A stretch of DNA of 64,000 nucleotides from Bdellovibrionales bacterium (GCA_965219095.1 OZ244719.1:384001-448000); one strand, 5' to 3'. Shown: positions 19,864 to 30,852, numbered from the stretch's first letter. The notes: a model not told the origin generated them from the letters alone. Made by a program: numbers and translations.

Positions 19864-22029
19864 ATGCCTCTTGAAAGAAGACTTAATCTTTTTTCAGTCA
19901 TTGCTATTAGTATCATGTCCATGGTAGGAAGCGGTTTGTTTGCACTTCCTGGAATTATAGTTCACCATACAGGCCCTTCTTCTTGGTTAGCTTATTTATT
20001 TGCAGGTTTATGTGTTTTACCTGCTGCTATGTCAAAGGCTGAACTGGCTACAGCTATGCCTTCAACAGGAGGTACTTATATTTATATGGAAAGAAGTTTA
20101 GGGCCTTTGTCGGGGACTATTATGGGCTTAGGACTTTGGCTTTCTATTGTTTTAAAAAGCTCTTTTGCACTTGTTGGTTTAGGAGCTTATATGAGTATCC
20201 TTACATCTTTTGACATAAAAAATACAGCTCTTATAATTTTAGCTATTATTTTTATTGCTAATCTCTTAGGAATTAGTTTTTTAAGTAAAATGTTCACTTT
20301 CATTGTAGCTGTGACTTTATTTTCTTTATTTTTTTTACTTATGGGATCTCAATTGCAACTGCCTTCTGTAGTTTATAAAGACTATTTCGCTCAAGGAATT
20401 TCTGGATTTGTCATGGCTACAGCACTTGTGTTTATTTCTTACGCTGGTGTTACAAAAATTGTTACTTTAGCTGAGGAGATCAAAGAACCAGAAAAAAATT
20501 TACCTCGTGGAATTTTAATTTCTCTATTGTTAGTAACAGGACTTTATTGTTTTACATCCTATGTTCTAGTTGACAAAATCCCTTTAAAATCTTTAGATCA
20601 AAATCTACGCCCTGTTTACGATCTTTCCATGAGTTTTGGATATGAAATTGTAGGTATTTTTACCGCTGTTATTGCGTGCTTGACTATGGCCTCTATGGCT
20701 AATGCTGGTGTGCTTGTATCTTCTCGATTTCCCTTTGCTATGTCAAGAGACAAGCTACTTCCTACTTTTTTAGGACGTCTTACGAAAAAATTCCTTACTC
20801 CTTTATGGAGTATTATGATGTCCTGTTTTCTTATTGCCTTGTTTATCGTTTTCCTTAATCCATCACAAATTGTGAAATTTGCAAGCTCCTTTATTATTTT
20901 CATTTACGTTATGGAGAATTTTATTGTGATCTTATTTAGAGAAATGAGAGTCCAGTGGTACAATCCTTCTTATAAAACTCCTTTTTATCCTTTCTTGCAA
21001 ATTTTTGGACTCACAAGCGGTATTGTGTTTTTAATAGCTATTGGATTGAAATACCTCGTTTTTAGTATAGGAACCATATCTGTTCTAGGTACACTGGTTT
21101 ATATTTTTTATAGTTATAAAAAAGTCAAAAGAAGAGGGCTTCTTGCCTTAAGGGAGGGGAAAATATCTGTAAATCGAGAAGAAAGTGAAAAAGAATTACA
21201 AAATTTATATGAAGAAAAAGAGCTTTATCCTCAAAAAACTTCTTCTATGGTAGCTTTATTTGGAGAAGAAACCTCTCCAGAAAACTTAGTGGAGCTAGCA
21301 CTAGCTCTTGGTGATGAAAAGTCTGGGACTGCAGTTTCTTATATGGTGGAAGTTCCTGAACAAACCAACATCAATGATGTCACATGGCAGACACATGCTA
21401 TGCGTTCTATACGAAGACGAATGAATGCTATGAGTGAATACAAAAATCAACCTATTCATTTTGATATTGTCTTCTCTCATGATGTTTATCAAAGAATTAC
21501 AAACATTAGTGAACAAATACAATGCCGTTGGCTTATTACCCAATGGGTTAGTCCTTCTGTAGGAAAAACTCTTACACCCTATGATCCTATAAAACGTTTG
21601 AGAGACGAGCTTTCTTGTCATATGATAACTTTCAAAGATGATGGTATACGTTTTTATAAAAGAATCCTCGTTATCTTAAGTCAAACAAAAAGTGATCTTC
21701 TCAATATTTATACAGCTGATCATTTAGCTCAGCTTTATAGCGGAACTATTGATCTTGTGCTTTACCAACTAGAAAAGCAAAATAAAGACGATCTAACAGA
21801 GTATGGACTTATGCTATCAGCTAAATGTCAATCTAAAGTAAGTCTTATTCTTCTTTCGGGAGATGATCAAGATGAACAAATTATAGATCTCACAAGCTCC
21901 TATGATCTTCTTATTTTAACAGACTTTTCTAAAAACTCTATTCTGGAGAGAATCTTTGGCTCAAAAAATAACCGTCTTATCGAAAAAGCAACCTGTTCTG
22001 TTGTGGCGATTCAAAAAAAGAGTTTATGA
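19864..22029 (+). CDS. APC family amino acid permease with C-terminal USP-like domains
   Basis: GSGLFALPG, AELATAMP..GG.Y, AEEIKEPEKNLPRGI; IFGS..LIEKATCSV tail. Confidence 0.88.
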   Translation: MPLERRLNLFSVIAISIMSMVGSGLFALPGIIVHHTGPSSWLAYLFAGLCVLPAAMSKAELATAMPSTGGTYIYMERSLGPLSGTIMGLGLWLSIVLKSSFALVGLGAYMSILTSFDIKNTALIILAIIFIANLLGISFLSKMFTFIVAVTLFSLFFLLMGSQLQLPSVVYKDYFAQGISGFVMATALVFISYAGVTKIVTLAEEIKEPEKNLPRGILISLLLVTGLYCFTSYVLVDKIPLKSLDQNLRPVYDLSMSFGYEIVGIFTAVIACLTMASMANAGVLVSSRFPFAMSRDKLLPTFLGRLTKKFLTPLWSIMMSCFLIALFIVFLNPSQIVKFASSFIIFIYVMENFIVILFREMRVQWYNPSYKTPFYPFLQIFGLTSGIVFLIAIGLKYLVFSIGTISVLGTLVYIFYSYKKVKRRGLLALREGKISVNREESEKELQNLYEEKELYPQKTSSMVALFGEETSPENLVELALALGDEKSGTAVSYMVEVPEQTNINDVTWQTHAMRSIRRRMNAMSEYKNQPIHFDIVFSHDVYQRITNISEQIQCRWLITQWVSPSVGKTLTPYDPIKRLRDELSCHMITFKDDGIRFYKRILVILSQTKSDLLNIYTADHLAQLYSGTIDLVLYQLEKQNKDDLTEYGLMLSAKCQSKVSLILLSGDDQDEQIIDLTSSYDLLILTDFSKNSILERIFGSKNNRLIEKATCSVVAIQKKSL

Positions 22030-22040
22030 TCATTATTAAA

Positions 22041-22508
22041 TCATTGAAAACCACCCCACAACTTTACTTCTAATAAAGAGGGCTTTTCTTTGGGGGATTT
22101 TAGATCAAATTTAAATTCTTGATTTGGAAAAACTGTTATAAAATTTTGAAAATTTTGTTCATAGAGAATCTCTGAGACTGAATTGGAATAATGAGACAAA
22201 ATGGAGATCTTTTCTATATGAAAAGGAAGGCTATAATCTACACTTTCATCCCAAGATACTACGGCTGTCATCCATTCGCTATTAGGAGTGGGAGTTTTAA
22301 GTAAAAAGAAAACCTCTAAGTCAAGAAACTCACCATCTTGTAAAAGAGATAAAAATTCTTTTTTATAAAAGCCTTTCTGACAACTTTCCTTATCATAGAT
22401 CCACTCTGTACTGAGAGCTGTCCTATAATGATAAGAAGATCCATAAACCGGTAAGAAAAAAACAAAACAAAAACTTATAAGGAAAACTCTTACAATAGAA
22501 ATCTTCAT
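22041..22508 (-). CDS. hypothetical exported protein
   Basis: Signal peptide and GAGG RBS. Confidence 0.6.
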   Translation of the reverse strand: MKISIVRVFLISFCFVFFLPVYGSSYHYRTALSTEWIYDKESCQKGFYKKEFLSLLQDGEFLDLEVFFLLKTPTPNSEWMTAVVSWDESVDYSLPFHIEKISILSHYSNSVSEILYEQNFQNFITVFPNQEFKFDLKSPKEKPSLLEVKLWGGFQ

Positions 22509-22776
22509 ACAAACCTCTATCGGGAAAAAAACTCTTTGTTCAATCTTTTGAAAGGAAATCTAGTCTTTCTTTAGCCTTTAAGCTTGAAAAACAGATCTAT
22601 GTCTTAAGACCTAAAGCCTTTGAAGTCCTTCAGCCTAAAGACCTAAAAAAACTTTTAAAAAAGATTGTGTTTCGCTACTTCTTAATTCTCCCATTAAAAA
22701 AAGAACCAAAATAAGACAAAAAAAGAGAAAAAATATTTGAATAAAGATATTTTTTTTCACGCTGATAAATTTTTTC

Positions 22777-24711
22777 CTAAAGTTTTTTCGTTTTTATAGA
22801 AACTTTAGATTTTCGAAAAGAAGGCTTAGTTTTTTGTTTAACAGAGTGTCTAGAGGTCAAAAGAGGTGAGGATTCGTAAACCATCACATTGATCCCTTCT
22901 TGTTCGATAAACAAAACCTCATTGTAGAAACTCTCTCTACCCTCATGGGAGGGAAAAAATAGAGATAGGTTATGAAAACCTAAGCTGAGATCTGTCAATA
23001 AAAACCCTTTTGCATTAGGAGAATCTTTCGAAACCACCTCTCCCTGAGAGTTAAACAAGATCATCTCACCCTTATGAGGTGTTCCATCTAAAAAGAGTTC
23101 AAAAAACTGCTCCCGTTCAAACAAACCCATAAACAAACCCTCATGACTTTTGAGGGATATGTTTTTCTGTAATAAAATGTTTTTTAGCCAATGTTTTGAA
23201 ATAAGCGGTATTTTTATAGAAAACCTTTTTTTAAGAACATTCATATGAGTGATCTCATAGCCCTGTTTTTGAGTCGTTATAAGTCTATCTCCCGATCCTA
23301 TAGGAAGGGAAACAAAAATATCCTTCTTCTCTGATGTTTTAAGCTCAAGTTCTTCACCTAAAAAATCCACCTTAGCTTTTTTTAAGCTCTTATCAAAAGG
23401 ATCGTAAGCTGCTATTCCTATAGGTATTTTTTGTCTTTGTTCTAAATTAACTAAAGAAACAGTGTCCACCTGACAAAATACCGTTTTAACAGAAAAAACC
23501 TTACTCCCTCTAAAACCTCTTATAGGGCAAAGTCCTTGTCTGTCTGTTATAAAAACAAAAAACCCGTTCTGAGACGTAGTATTTCTTTCAAAGTCAGGAG
23601 AAAAACCCGTAAAATAAATAGGCTTATCGTAAGAACCTCCCATCTCTACAGTTACTCCTTCTTGAGGTACTCCCTCCGCCACAACACGCCCCCAAACAAT
23701 AGAGACTTGCGATGTTTTAGGATTTTGCAGAACTTGATTCAACAAGGCCTCTACAAATTGATCAGAAAGCATTTCAGCATAATGAAACTCACCAGATCTT
23801 CCAAAGCTCAAGTGTCCCCACTTTTGAGATCTTCCTCTTAGTGACAAAAAGTAAGATGATCCTAACTGAAGGCTATCAAAGAGGAAAGGAGCTGAAGTTT
23901 TAAGGTAAATGAAGTTATCAGAAAAAGGCCAAACAGAGGCTTTTGTTATTTTTTGCTCCTTATCCTTAATTTTCACAAATCCCTTTACCCCTAAAGACGG
24001 CTTTATTTCTAAAGGTTTAGTGTTTTGCAAGTCTTTCTGGCCACGAGCTAAAACATAACCCTTAGAATTAAAAATCTCTACAACTAAATCACCAAAAGGT
24101 TGTTTTAATTTTATGTCATAGTGAGGGTAATGAGACGACACGATGGCTTCTTCATAAATCCGTCCCTCAAACTCTCTTCTTATGGAGATCAAACTGTCTT
24201 TTTTTGAAAGCCAAGAGGGCCATAGCACAGTTCCTGAAGCTATAAATTGTCTGGTTTTCTTTTTTAATTGATTTTTATGGAAAAATCTGAAGCCTTGAGG
24301 AAGTTTCTTTTTTTGGTTTTTTTCATAAGATAACATGCTAGTTTTTATCTTAGGAAGGGAAACTGGCAAGGAAACTAGTTTTTTTCCTTTTCTTGAAAGA
24401 AAAGGGGTTTTATTAGAAGACCATATTTTTGATGCCTTCTTGTTAAGATAAGGATGAGACTTTTTCAAGGAAACAACTACCACAGGCTCATAAGCAGAAC
24501 TTAAAATCTCTTTTTGAAAAGTTTTAACGTCTTCTATCCATTGAGGCTTTATCAATAAAGATTGAGATTCCTTGTGAGCTAACCCCACTAAGGAGTTTTC
24601 AAGATTATAAACTCTCATAAGAGAAGCTAAACCTCTTGTTTCAGTAAAAAAAGTTTTGAATTGTAGAGAAGGTGCTACCAACACTGAAATTAAAACGATA
24701 AAAAAGATCAT
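22777..24711 (-). CDS. hypothetical exported protein (beta-sandwich-like repeats possible)
   Basis: 644-aa ORF with hydrophobic N-terminus; VWGRVVAEGVPQEGVTVE. Confidence 0.65.
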   Translation of the reverse strand: MIFFIVLISVLVAPSLQFKTFFTETRGLASLMRVYNLENSLVGLAHKESQSLLIKPQWIEDVKTFQKEILSSAYEPVVVVSLKKSHPYLNKKASKIWSSNKTPFLSRKGKKLVSLPVSLPKIKTSMLSYEKNQKKKLPQGFRFFHKNQLKKKTRQFIASGTVLWPSWLSKKDSLISIRREFEGRIYEEAIVSSHYPHYDIKLKQPFGDLVVEIFNSKGYVLARGQKDLQNTKPLEIKPSLGVKGFVKIKDKEQKITKASVWPFSDNFIYLKTSAPFLFDSLQLGSSYFLSLRGRSQKWGHLSFGRSGEFHYAEMLSDQFVEALLNQVLQNPKTSQVSIVWGRVVAEGVPQEGVTVEMGGSYDKPIYFTGFSPDFERNTTSQNGFFVFITDRQGLCPIRGFRGSKVFSVKTVFCQVDTVSLVNLEQRQKIPIGIAAYDPFDKSLKKAKVDFLGEELELKTSEKKDIFVSLPIGSGDRLITTQKQGYEITHMNVLKKRFSIKIPLISKHWLKNILLQKNISLKSHEGLFMGLFEREQFFELFLDGTPHKGEMILFNSQGEVVSKDSPNAKGFLLTDLSLGFHNLSLFFPSHEGRESFYNEVLFIEQEGINVMVYESSPLLTSRHSVKQKTKPSFRKSKVSIKTKKL

Positions 24712-24748
24712 ACTACCCCCCTTTCCATAAAACTTAAAGCCTTATCAT

Positions 24749-25399
24749 CTACACACCAGCATCTTTTAAAAATTGCTCCAAACCTTTTTGTGTTAAAGGA
24801 TGTTGAATCAGTTGTGTTAAAACTTTTAAAGGCAGAGTAACCATATCAGCTCCTATTAAGGCGACTTTTAAGATATGAAGAGGATGGCGGACACTGGCTG
24901 CTAAAACTTTTGTGGAGAAGTCATAGTTTTTTATAAGAGTGGCAATATCTTGCACAAGCTGAACTCCCTCATAAGTGATGTCATCTAAACGACCCACAAA
25001 GGGGGAGACAAAACAAGCCCCTGCCTTAGCTGCAAGTAAAGCTTGAAGGGGGGAGAAGATCAAAGTCATGTTAGTTCGAATGTTATCCCTAGAAAGACGA
25101 GCTACCGCTTTGAGTCCTTCCTCGCCCATAGGAATTTTTACTACTACCTTCTGAGGGTCACACTTATAAAGCTCTACACCTTCTTTGAACATACCTTCAG
25201 CCTTTGTGGAGATCACCTCTGCTGAAATGTTATCCTTCACAATTTTACAGATTTCTTTAATATGTGCATGCTGATCTTTTATAGATTGAATTCCTATTTT
25301 CTTCATAAGAGAAGGATTAGTGGTCACTCCATCGATTAAACCCATACTTTGGGCCTGTTTTATTTCTGAAATATCAGCTGAATCCAAAAAAATTTGCAT
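24749..25399 (-). CDS. fsa: transaldolase / fructose-6-phosphate aldolase
   Basis: IFLDSA, GVTTNPSL, VVKIP, SPFVGRLDD, LAASVRHP. Confidence 0.92.
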   Translation of the reverse strand: MQIFLDSADISEIKQAQSMGLIDGVTTNPSLMKKIGIQSIKDQHAHIKEICKIVKDNISAEVISTKAEGMFKEGVELYKCDPQKVVVKIPMGEEGLKAVARLSRDNIRTNMTLIFSPLQALLAAKAGACFVSPFVGRLDDITYEGVQLVQDIATLIKNYDFSTKVLAASVRHPLHILKVALIGADMVTLPLKVLTQLIQHPLTQKGLEQFLKDAGV

Positions 25400-25638
25400 T
25401 ATGACTAAAATCTAGCATAACTTTTTTAGGAATGCAAACTTTCTTTAAGAGTTCCTACTGTAATTTTTTAGTACTCTTTTTTATCATAATTTTGCTATAA
25501 GGAATTCTTTAGTCAAGACATTTCATAGGTCTGTTTTTTAACTTCAAACTCAGTTTTCTTTGAATTTTTACGGGTCAACATCCTTAAATCAGATTCTTTG
25601 GAAAATGCACTTTAACTCTGCCAAATTAAACCCTCGTA

Positions 25639-25691
25639 ACCTTGGAAAACTGCCAGAACCTCCGGGAACCCACAGATTCTTTTGAGGAGGC
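25639..25691 (+). mobile_element. solo right-end fragment of ISL3
   Basis: AACCTTGGAAAACTGCCAGAACCTCCGGGAACCCACAGATTCTTTTGAGGAGGC. Confidence 0.8.
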
Positions 25692-25716
25692 AAAAATATT
25701 GTAGGTATGCTCAAAA

Positions 25717-25773
25717 AAAGCAAATTGACTTCATTTTATTGTCTTCCTTTATAAAATGTAGTCAATTTGCTTT
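25717..25773. terminator. long AT-rich hairpin downstream of 25916-26209, possible terminator
   Basis: AAAGCAAATTGACT.CATTTTAT / ATAAAATG.AGTCAATTTGCTTT. Confidence 0.4.
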
Positions 25774-25915
25774 CAGTTTGAGAAATCCTCCCCCTTTTCC
25801 AATCTCCCATTTAAGACCTCATAATCCATTTTTTAGAAAAAAACAGGGGTTTTAAATATTTAGGAAGAAACAGTTGCTATAAAACATTGGAAGATTCTTT
25901 GTCATCATGCTTTTC

Positions 25916-26209
25916 CTATCTTTGAACAAAAAAATCTTCTACCTTAATCGACATTTTATCATTTGATTTCTTCCTATGGTTTTCATATGATAAAACAGAT
26001 CCTGTTTTATTATCTACATACAGGCCTGTTTCTGCTATAACATTGATTCTCTTGGGAAGTCTCTTGAGTTCAGGCCTTATATCAGAAGCCAGTACGTTGT
26101 CTCCTTCTTTGTAATGTCTGCCAAGAAACCAAAACTCTGGATCTACCCCAGAATGACCCTTGTATGTATGTTTTCGTTTTTTTCTTTCTCTTGTTGCTGA
26201 AATATTCAT
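25916..26209 (-). CDS. small basic hypothetical protein (paralog of 26558-26920)
   Basis: AGGAGG RBS; shares DPE.W, GLY.D and K..DF motifs with neighbour. Confidence 0.7.
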   Translation of the reverse strand: MNISATRERKKRKHTYKGHSGVDPEFWFLGRHYKEGDNVLASDIRPELKRLPKRINVIAETGLYVDNKTGSVLSYENHRKKSNDKMSIKVEDFFVQR

Positions 26210-26557
26210 GTCAACCTCCTTTAGTTTTTATATTACTTTTCTTTGGTACCCTTCTGTAAACCTCCTTTCGAAGCACCTGTATAACTAAATTTAGTTTATT
26301 ATTTATAAAAAAGCAATGAAAAACTTTACATTTAAGACTAAATCTTTTACAAAATCGTTCAAACTCCTTTTGTTTTTGATTTTTTATATTTTCTGTAAGA
26401 ACTTTAAGAAAGATTCTTAGCTAATAATTTAAAAAAATGAAATTTTTTTAAGATTTTTCCATCCTCTTTCTTCGGCCATAAGTTGCCAATAGCCCAAAAA
26501 AGAGGAGGAAAAATAGAGTTTATAGAGAAACGACAATTCTTAGAAAAGGTCCTTTCT

Positions 26558-26920
26558 TTAGCTCAGAAAATCATTGATTTTAAACTTTATATCATCTTTG
26601 AGATGAGCTGAGTACCTATTGTAGTACAAGCTTGATTCTTCCTCGTCTAAATAAAGACCAGCATCTGAGAGTTCTCGGATTCTACCATTGTCTTCTGTGT
26701 CATGATTTTTGTTGCTTAAAGCATTTATATCCCATGACTCAGGATCCATTCTCGAAAAACTCTTAAAAGTATTTTTTCTTTTTATTTTTCTTTCTTTGGT
26801 TTTATTTGATTTTTTCATGTGACCTCCTTTTTGTTTTTGATTATTTGCACTCTTTTTGCCTTCTTCCTTCATTTTTTTGTCTCCTTTCTTGTTTTGTTCG
26901 AAAAGCTTCTTTGCTATCAA
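26558..26920 (-). CDS. small basic hypothetical protein (true start may be internal, MKKSNK)
   Basis: AGGAGG before an internal ATG; paralogous motifs. Confidence 0.65.
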   Translation of the reverse strand: MIAKKLFEQNKKGDKKMKEEGKKSANNQKQKGGHMKKSNKTKERKIKRKNTFKSFSRMDPESWDINALSNKNHDTEDNGRIRELSDAGLYLDEEESSLYYNRYSAHLKDDIKFKINDFLS

Positions 26921-27210
26921 ACTTAAATAAAGATAGTTTATTAAATGAAAAATGTCAAGGAAAAATTTATTTTTAAGGGTTTTGTATAATTTTTATACAC
27001 GGAAAGTGATTTCTTTTGAGGCAGAGCATTTTGATTTTATAAAAAAGAAAGTCAGTCCTTTGTCTAGGTTTTCAAGGTCTTTATCTCAATATGATAAGCT
27101 TTTGTCTATTCTTAAAACATAGTCTTGTGTTTTTTTTTGACTCATTTCATAATAAAAACAGGTATAAAGGATAATCCACCGAGCTTTAGACAATAAATAA
27201 TGAAGGCTAT

Positions 27211-27238
27211 TAAAGCCTAAAAGTCCTTTGGCCGATAG
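27211..27238 (+). promoter_or_regulatory. sigma28/FliA-like promoter candidate for the pilin gene
   Basis: TAAA-N16-GCCGATAG (consensus TAAA-N15-GCCGATAA). Confidence 0.35.
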
Positions 27239-27276
27239 GAATAAAGTAATAAAAAAATAAAAGGAGGAATAATAGT

Positions 27277-27777
27277 ATGAAAAAAATACAAAAAATAAAA
27301 AAACAAAAGGGGTTCTCGCTCATCGAGTTGATGGTTGTTGTAGCCATTATAGGAATTCTTGCAGCAGTTGCCATTCCTGCATTCGATGGGTTTAGAAAAA
27401 AAGCACGAAGCGGTGAAGCTAAAACTAACTTAGGGGCTCTTTATACAGCAGAAAAAGCTTTTCAGTATGAAAGCACAGGGTATTGCCATAATCTTAACAT
27501 CATAGGTTTTGATAAACCTGATGGAGCAACCCATTACACAATTGGCTTTAATACTGCACTTACAACACTACCGTCAGGGTGTGTGACAGGTGGAGCAAGT
27601 GATCTGGCACATGAAAATACTGTAGGCACGAAAACTTCAGCTATTGCAAGAGCAGCATGTAAAATAGATAATAGTGTGAATCCCCAGAAATTTACAGCTT
27701 GTGCAGAGGGGAACTCAGGCCAAACCAGTGTTCAGAAATGGGAAATCAAGCAAGACAAAATATTAACAGCATATTAA
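27277..27777 (+). CDS. pilA: type IVa major pilin (complete copy, variant A)
   Basis: Basic leader, G|FSLIELMVVVAIIGILAAVAIP with E5; AGGAGG RBS; C-terminal Cys pairs. Confidence 0.93.
   Translation: MKKIQKIKKQKGFSLIELMVVVAIIGILAAVAIPAFDGFRKKARSGEAKTNLGALYTAEKAFQYESTGYCHNLNIIGFDKPDGATHYTIGFNTALTTLPSGCVTGGASDLAHENTVGTKTSAIARAACKIDNSVNPQKFTACAEGNSGQTSVQKWEIKQDKILTAY
27347..27454 (+). repeat. 108-bp perfect direct repeat copy 1 (putative attL core region, inside pilA)
   Basis: Identical to 39989-40096 by base-by-base reading. Confidence 0.95.
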
Positions 27778-27803
27778 CTTTCTAAGTTTAAAAAACTTTT
27801 CTT

Positions 27804-27831
27804 AAAACCCTCTTTTTTTAGAGAGGGTTTT
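27804..27831 (+). terminator. intrinsic terminator after pilin variant A (probably bidirectional)
   Basis: AAAACCCTCT / AGAGGGTTTT stem. Confidence 0.75.
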
Positions 27832-28037
27832 AATTTTTACTTTCAAAAAATCCCTTAAACTTTCCACTGCTAGAACTTCTTTCACGCTCTACTTTATGAG
27901 TGATATCTTAGCTATTTTAGTGAGAAGTCGTGATTTCCGTCGTGAGTTTTTCATTCCAAGTGTTCCTGCTAGAATTCTTTTTTTAAATTTTAAAAAATTT
28001 TAAAATTCAACTACCAGTATCCTTTTGATCCTAAAGT

Positions 28038-29237
28038 TCATTTTGTCTGTAAAGACGTCGTGATCTGTCGTGATGGAGATGAACCTAAAGAGTTCATTTC
28101 ATACATCTGAGCTGTTTTTTCTGCCATATCCGAGTTAATGAGAGCCACCACTTTTGCATACCTTTGAGTCATAGCTTGATCCTTATGCCCAAGACTTGCT
28201 TGGACAGCTGAGAGGCTTTTTGTCGCCATTAAAGCCATTGTGGCATAAGTATGACGGCAAATATGAGTTCCTCTCCAAGGAAGATTGCAGGTCTTAAAAG
28301 ACTTATCAAAGGCCCAACGAATGGTAGTGTAAGGAACGACCTTTCCTTCTGAAGAGTAAAACACAAGAGGATTATTAGATTCCTCTTTCATTTCATACAA
28401 AAGCTCTATGAGCTTTTCAGGAAGAGTTAAAACTCTTACAGAAGTCTTAGTCTTTGTGGTTTCTAGAATTTGAGGTTTTTCAGAAGACCAGTCAGCTGTT
28501 CTAACAACTCTTGCAAAACGATTCTTAAAATCAATTTCACTCCACATAAGTCCACAAGCTTCACTTACTCTCGCTCCTGTTAAAATCATAAACTGAGCTA
28601 AACGGTAATAAACAGGGTTTTGAATCTTCTTAAGTTCGTTAAGCCAAGCCCTCACCTCTTCAGGTTTAGCAAAGTAATCTGGCCTTTTCACCTTAGATTC
28701 TCGCTTCTTCACATAACACCGATTTCTATGACCACGAACAATAGGAAAGCTAAAGCTTGGATCAAGGTAGTTTCTCCACCAGTGAAGAACAGAGCCAAGA
28801 CGCCTTAACTCTATTCTAAAAGAATGGCGGTTGACAGTGTTTTTAAAGCTTCTAAAAAGCCAGTCAATCCAAGTGTCAATACTGACATGGTCTATATCTG
28901 ACATTTTTGTTTTTGCTAAAGGACTTTGTAGAAAAAACCTCTCGCAAAGAAGTTGAATCTTCTTTTGACTGGAATCTCTTAAAGTAGGAACATACTCTTT
29001 AAGATACCTTCTCACACAGTCTTCAAAGAAAAGTTCTCTTAACTCTTCTTGAAGAGAAACTCTTCCTTCTTGAAGACGTTTTTTTTCCTTATCGTGCCAT
29101 ATACAGGCTTCTGTTTTTGTTTGAAAGCTTTTTGCTTTCAGACGAATTCCTCTTACATAAATTTCTGCTTGATATGTTATTTTATTTTTCCTTTTACGTT
29201 TGGTTATTGACATGATTTCTCCTTTTGTTGAAGCCAT
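28038..29237 (-). CDS. tyrosine recombinase/integrase 1
   Basis: TGARVSE, HICRHTY, LGH, TQRY catalytic motifs; arm-binding-like N-terminus. Confidence 0.95.
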   Translation of the reverse strand: MASTKGEIMSITKRKRKNKITYQAEIYVRGIRLKAKSFQTKTEACIWHDKEKKRLQEGRVSLQEELRELFFEDCVRRYLKEYVPTLRDSSQKKIQLLCERFFLQSPLAKTKMSDIDHVSIDTWIDWLFRSFKNTVNRHSFRIELRRLGSVLHWWRNYLDPSFSFPIVRGHRNRCYVKKRESKVKRPDYFAKPEEVRAWLNELKKIQNPVYYRLAQFMILTGARVSEACGLMWSEIDFKNRFARVVRTADWSSEKPQILETTKTKTSVRVLTLPEKLIELLYEMKEESNNPLVFYSSEGKVVPYTTIRWAFDKSFKTCNLPWRGTHICRHTYATMALMATKSLSAVQASLGHKDQAMTQRYAKVVALINSDMAEKTAQMYEMNSLGSSPSRQITTSLQTK

Positions 29238-29461
29238 CTATGGATACTGTCTTTAAGAAAGTAAGTCCTTCTTCTGAACTGAATAAAGGGGATTTGTCTT
29301 AAACTCACCCAATTTTTAATCGTTCTAGGAGACAGCCCAAACGCTAAGGCTAATTCCTCTACGGTTATTAAATTGTCAAAGAACAGGCCCTTTTTTTGAG
29401 GGCGAATAGTGTTCTCTAAACTACTACCTTTTTTAATTGGTTTCAATTCTTTTTTATCCAT
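29204..29461 (-). CDS. excisionase-like HTH_17 protein
   Basis: LITVEELA..GLSPRTIKNWV...IPF; overlaps integrase start. Confidence 0.85.
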   Translation of the reverse strand: MDKKELKPIKKGSSLENTIRPQKKGLFFDNLITVEELALAFGLSPRTIKNWVSLRQIPFIQFRRRTYFLKDSIHRWLQQKEKSCQ

Positions 29462-29780
29462 TTTTTTCTCCTTTCAAAATATGGCGAAGAAGCTTAAAAA
29501 ACTTCCTCATTTGGTTTCTTCTAAGAACTCTGACTTTTCCTCACTGAATATGATGAATTTACGCACTCAAAAAAGTGTCGTAAATTTTACTTTTCTTGCT
29601 TTGCATTATGCTACTCCTTTCATGATTGATTTGTTATTTGTTTTTTGACCTTTTTTTTTACTCCTTTCTCGGCCATTAAAAAAACTCAAGTTAAACTTAA
29701 AAAAACAAAAATTTTTTAACCTGATAGAGAAAATTTTTAATTTAAAAGTTCTAAAAATTTTCTCTATTTTTTCCTCCTCT

Positions 29781-29947
29781 CACACCCCCCTTTCCTCTTC
29801 CCACATCTATACACCCAACTCTGTGGTACCGTGACCACCCTCTCCCATACTAAAAAAAGTATGAGCGGGAGAGGGTGGTCACGGTGAAAACCGAAGGTTT
29901 TAGCAGAGTTGGGTGTATAAAGACAAAGGGAAAAGGAAAGGGGGTGC
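29781..29947. other. nested inverted repeats / large hairpin (element 1)
   Basis: 19-bp perfect IR ACCGTGACCACCCTCTCCC within IR TATACACCCAACTCTG within an imperfect outer IR. Confidence 0.8.
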
Positions 29948-29999
29948 ATGCAAGACATGTTTTTAGCACTATAAGAAAATTCCAGAATTTTTTTAAAAC

Positions 30000-30748
30000 T
30001 ACTCATAAAGCTCACTCCTTTAAGCTAAAAATTTGAAACAAATCTTGTGAGGTTTTGATCTTATCAATGAGTACAGCCTGACCTACTTTTAAGCTCTTAA
30101 AAACATCATGTTCGATCTTCATTTTTTTGGTCTCCAAAAGATTCCCTAAGCCTGTTTTTTTAAGTTCCCCAGAATGCGTTCACTGACCTGAAAACTCCTA
30201 CCTACAGTGCCCCTAGTGACAGCTGTAAAAGCCCATTTTTCGAGAGTCCTCTTCACATCTTGTCGAAGTATGATTTTAGTGGCCGCACTTCCCAACACTT
30301 GATTGCTAAAACTCTGACTTACAACATTTAAATCAGCTAAGCCTTGGCAAAATAAGTGAACTCCTGTACCAGCAGATCTTACTTGCTTTAAAAAATCTGA
30401 AAAATCAGGTGTAGCAAAAGATCCAAATTCATCAATCAAGACCCCTAAAAGTAAAGGCTTAAAATCCACTTGTCCTGATTGAATCTGAGAGCTTATAACC
30501 TTTAGATCTTGAACTAGAATTTTACCGATTTTCTTACCTAAAAAACCATAGCTGTTTAAATTCAACTGGAAATAGGCTATTTGATTTTTTTTCATAACAT
30601 CCAGGAGATCGATTTCTTTTTCTTCATGTATAGAGGAGTTTCTAAATTCTGGAGAAGTAAGGGTCTGGATTTGAGCTTTTAAGCTTACAAGGTTTTGAGG
30701 TGCTTCTATCTTCATAAGAACTCTTTTTTTGTTTTTTGCTTCATACAT
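30000..30748 (-). pseudogene. truncated, frameshifted VirD4/TraD-like coupling protein (paralog of 42747-44342)
   Basis: IAYFQLN, QDLKVISSQI, IDEFGSFA, VHLFCQGLADL; no N-terminus or Walker A. Confidence 0.85.
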
Positions 30749-30852
30749 ACTCCTTTCTTTTTGGTTTTATAAAAAGGACTCTTTTATAAAACCTTTTGCT
30801 ACAATAAAGTTTTAAATGAAAAAAAAGGTTTTTCTTGTTTTTTTTTGAAAAG

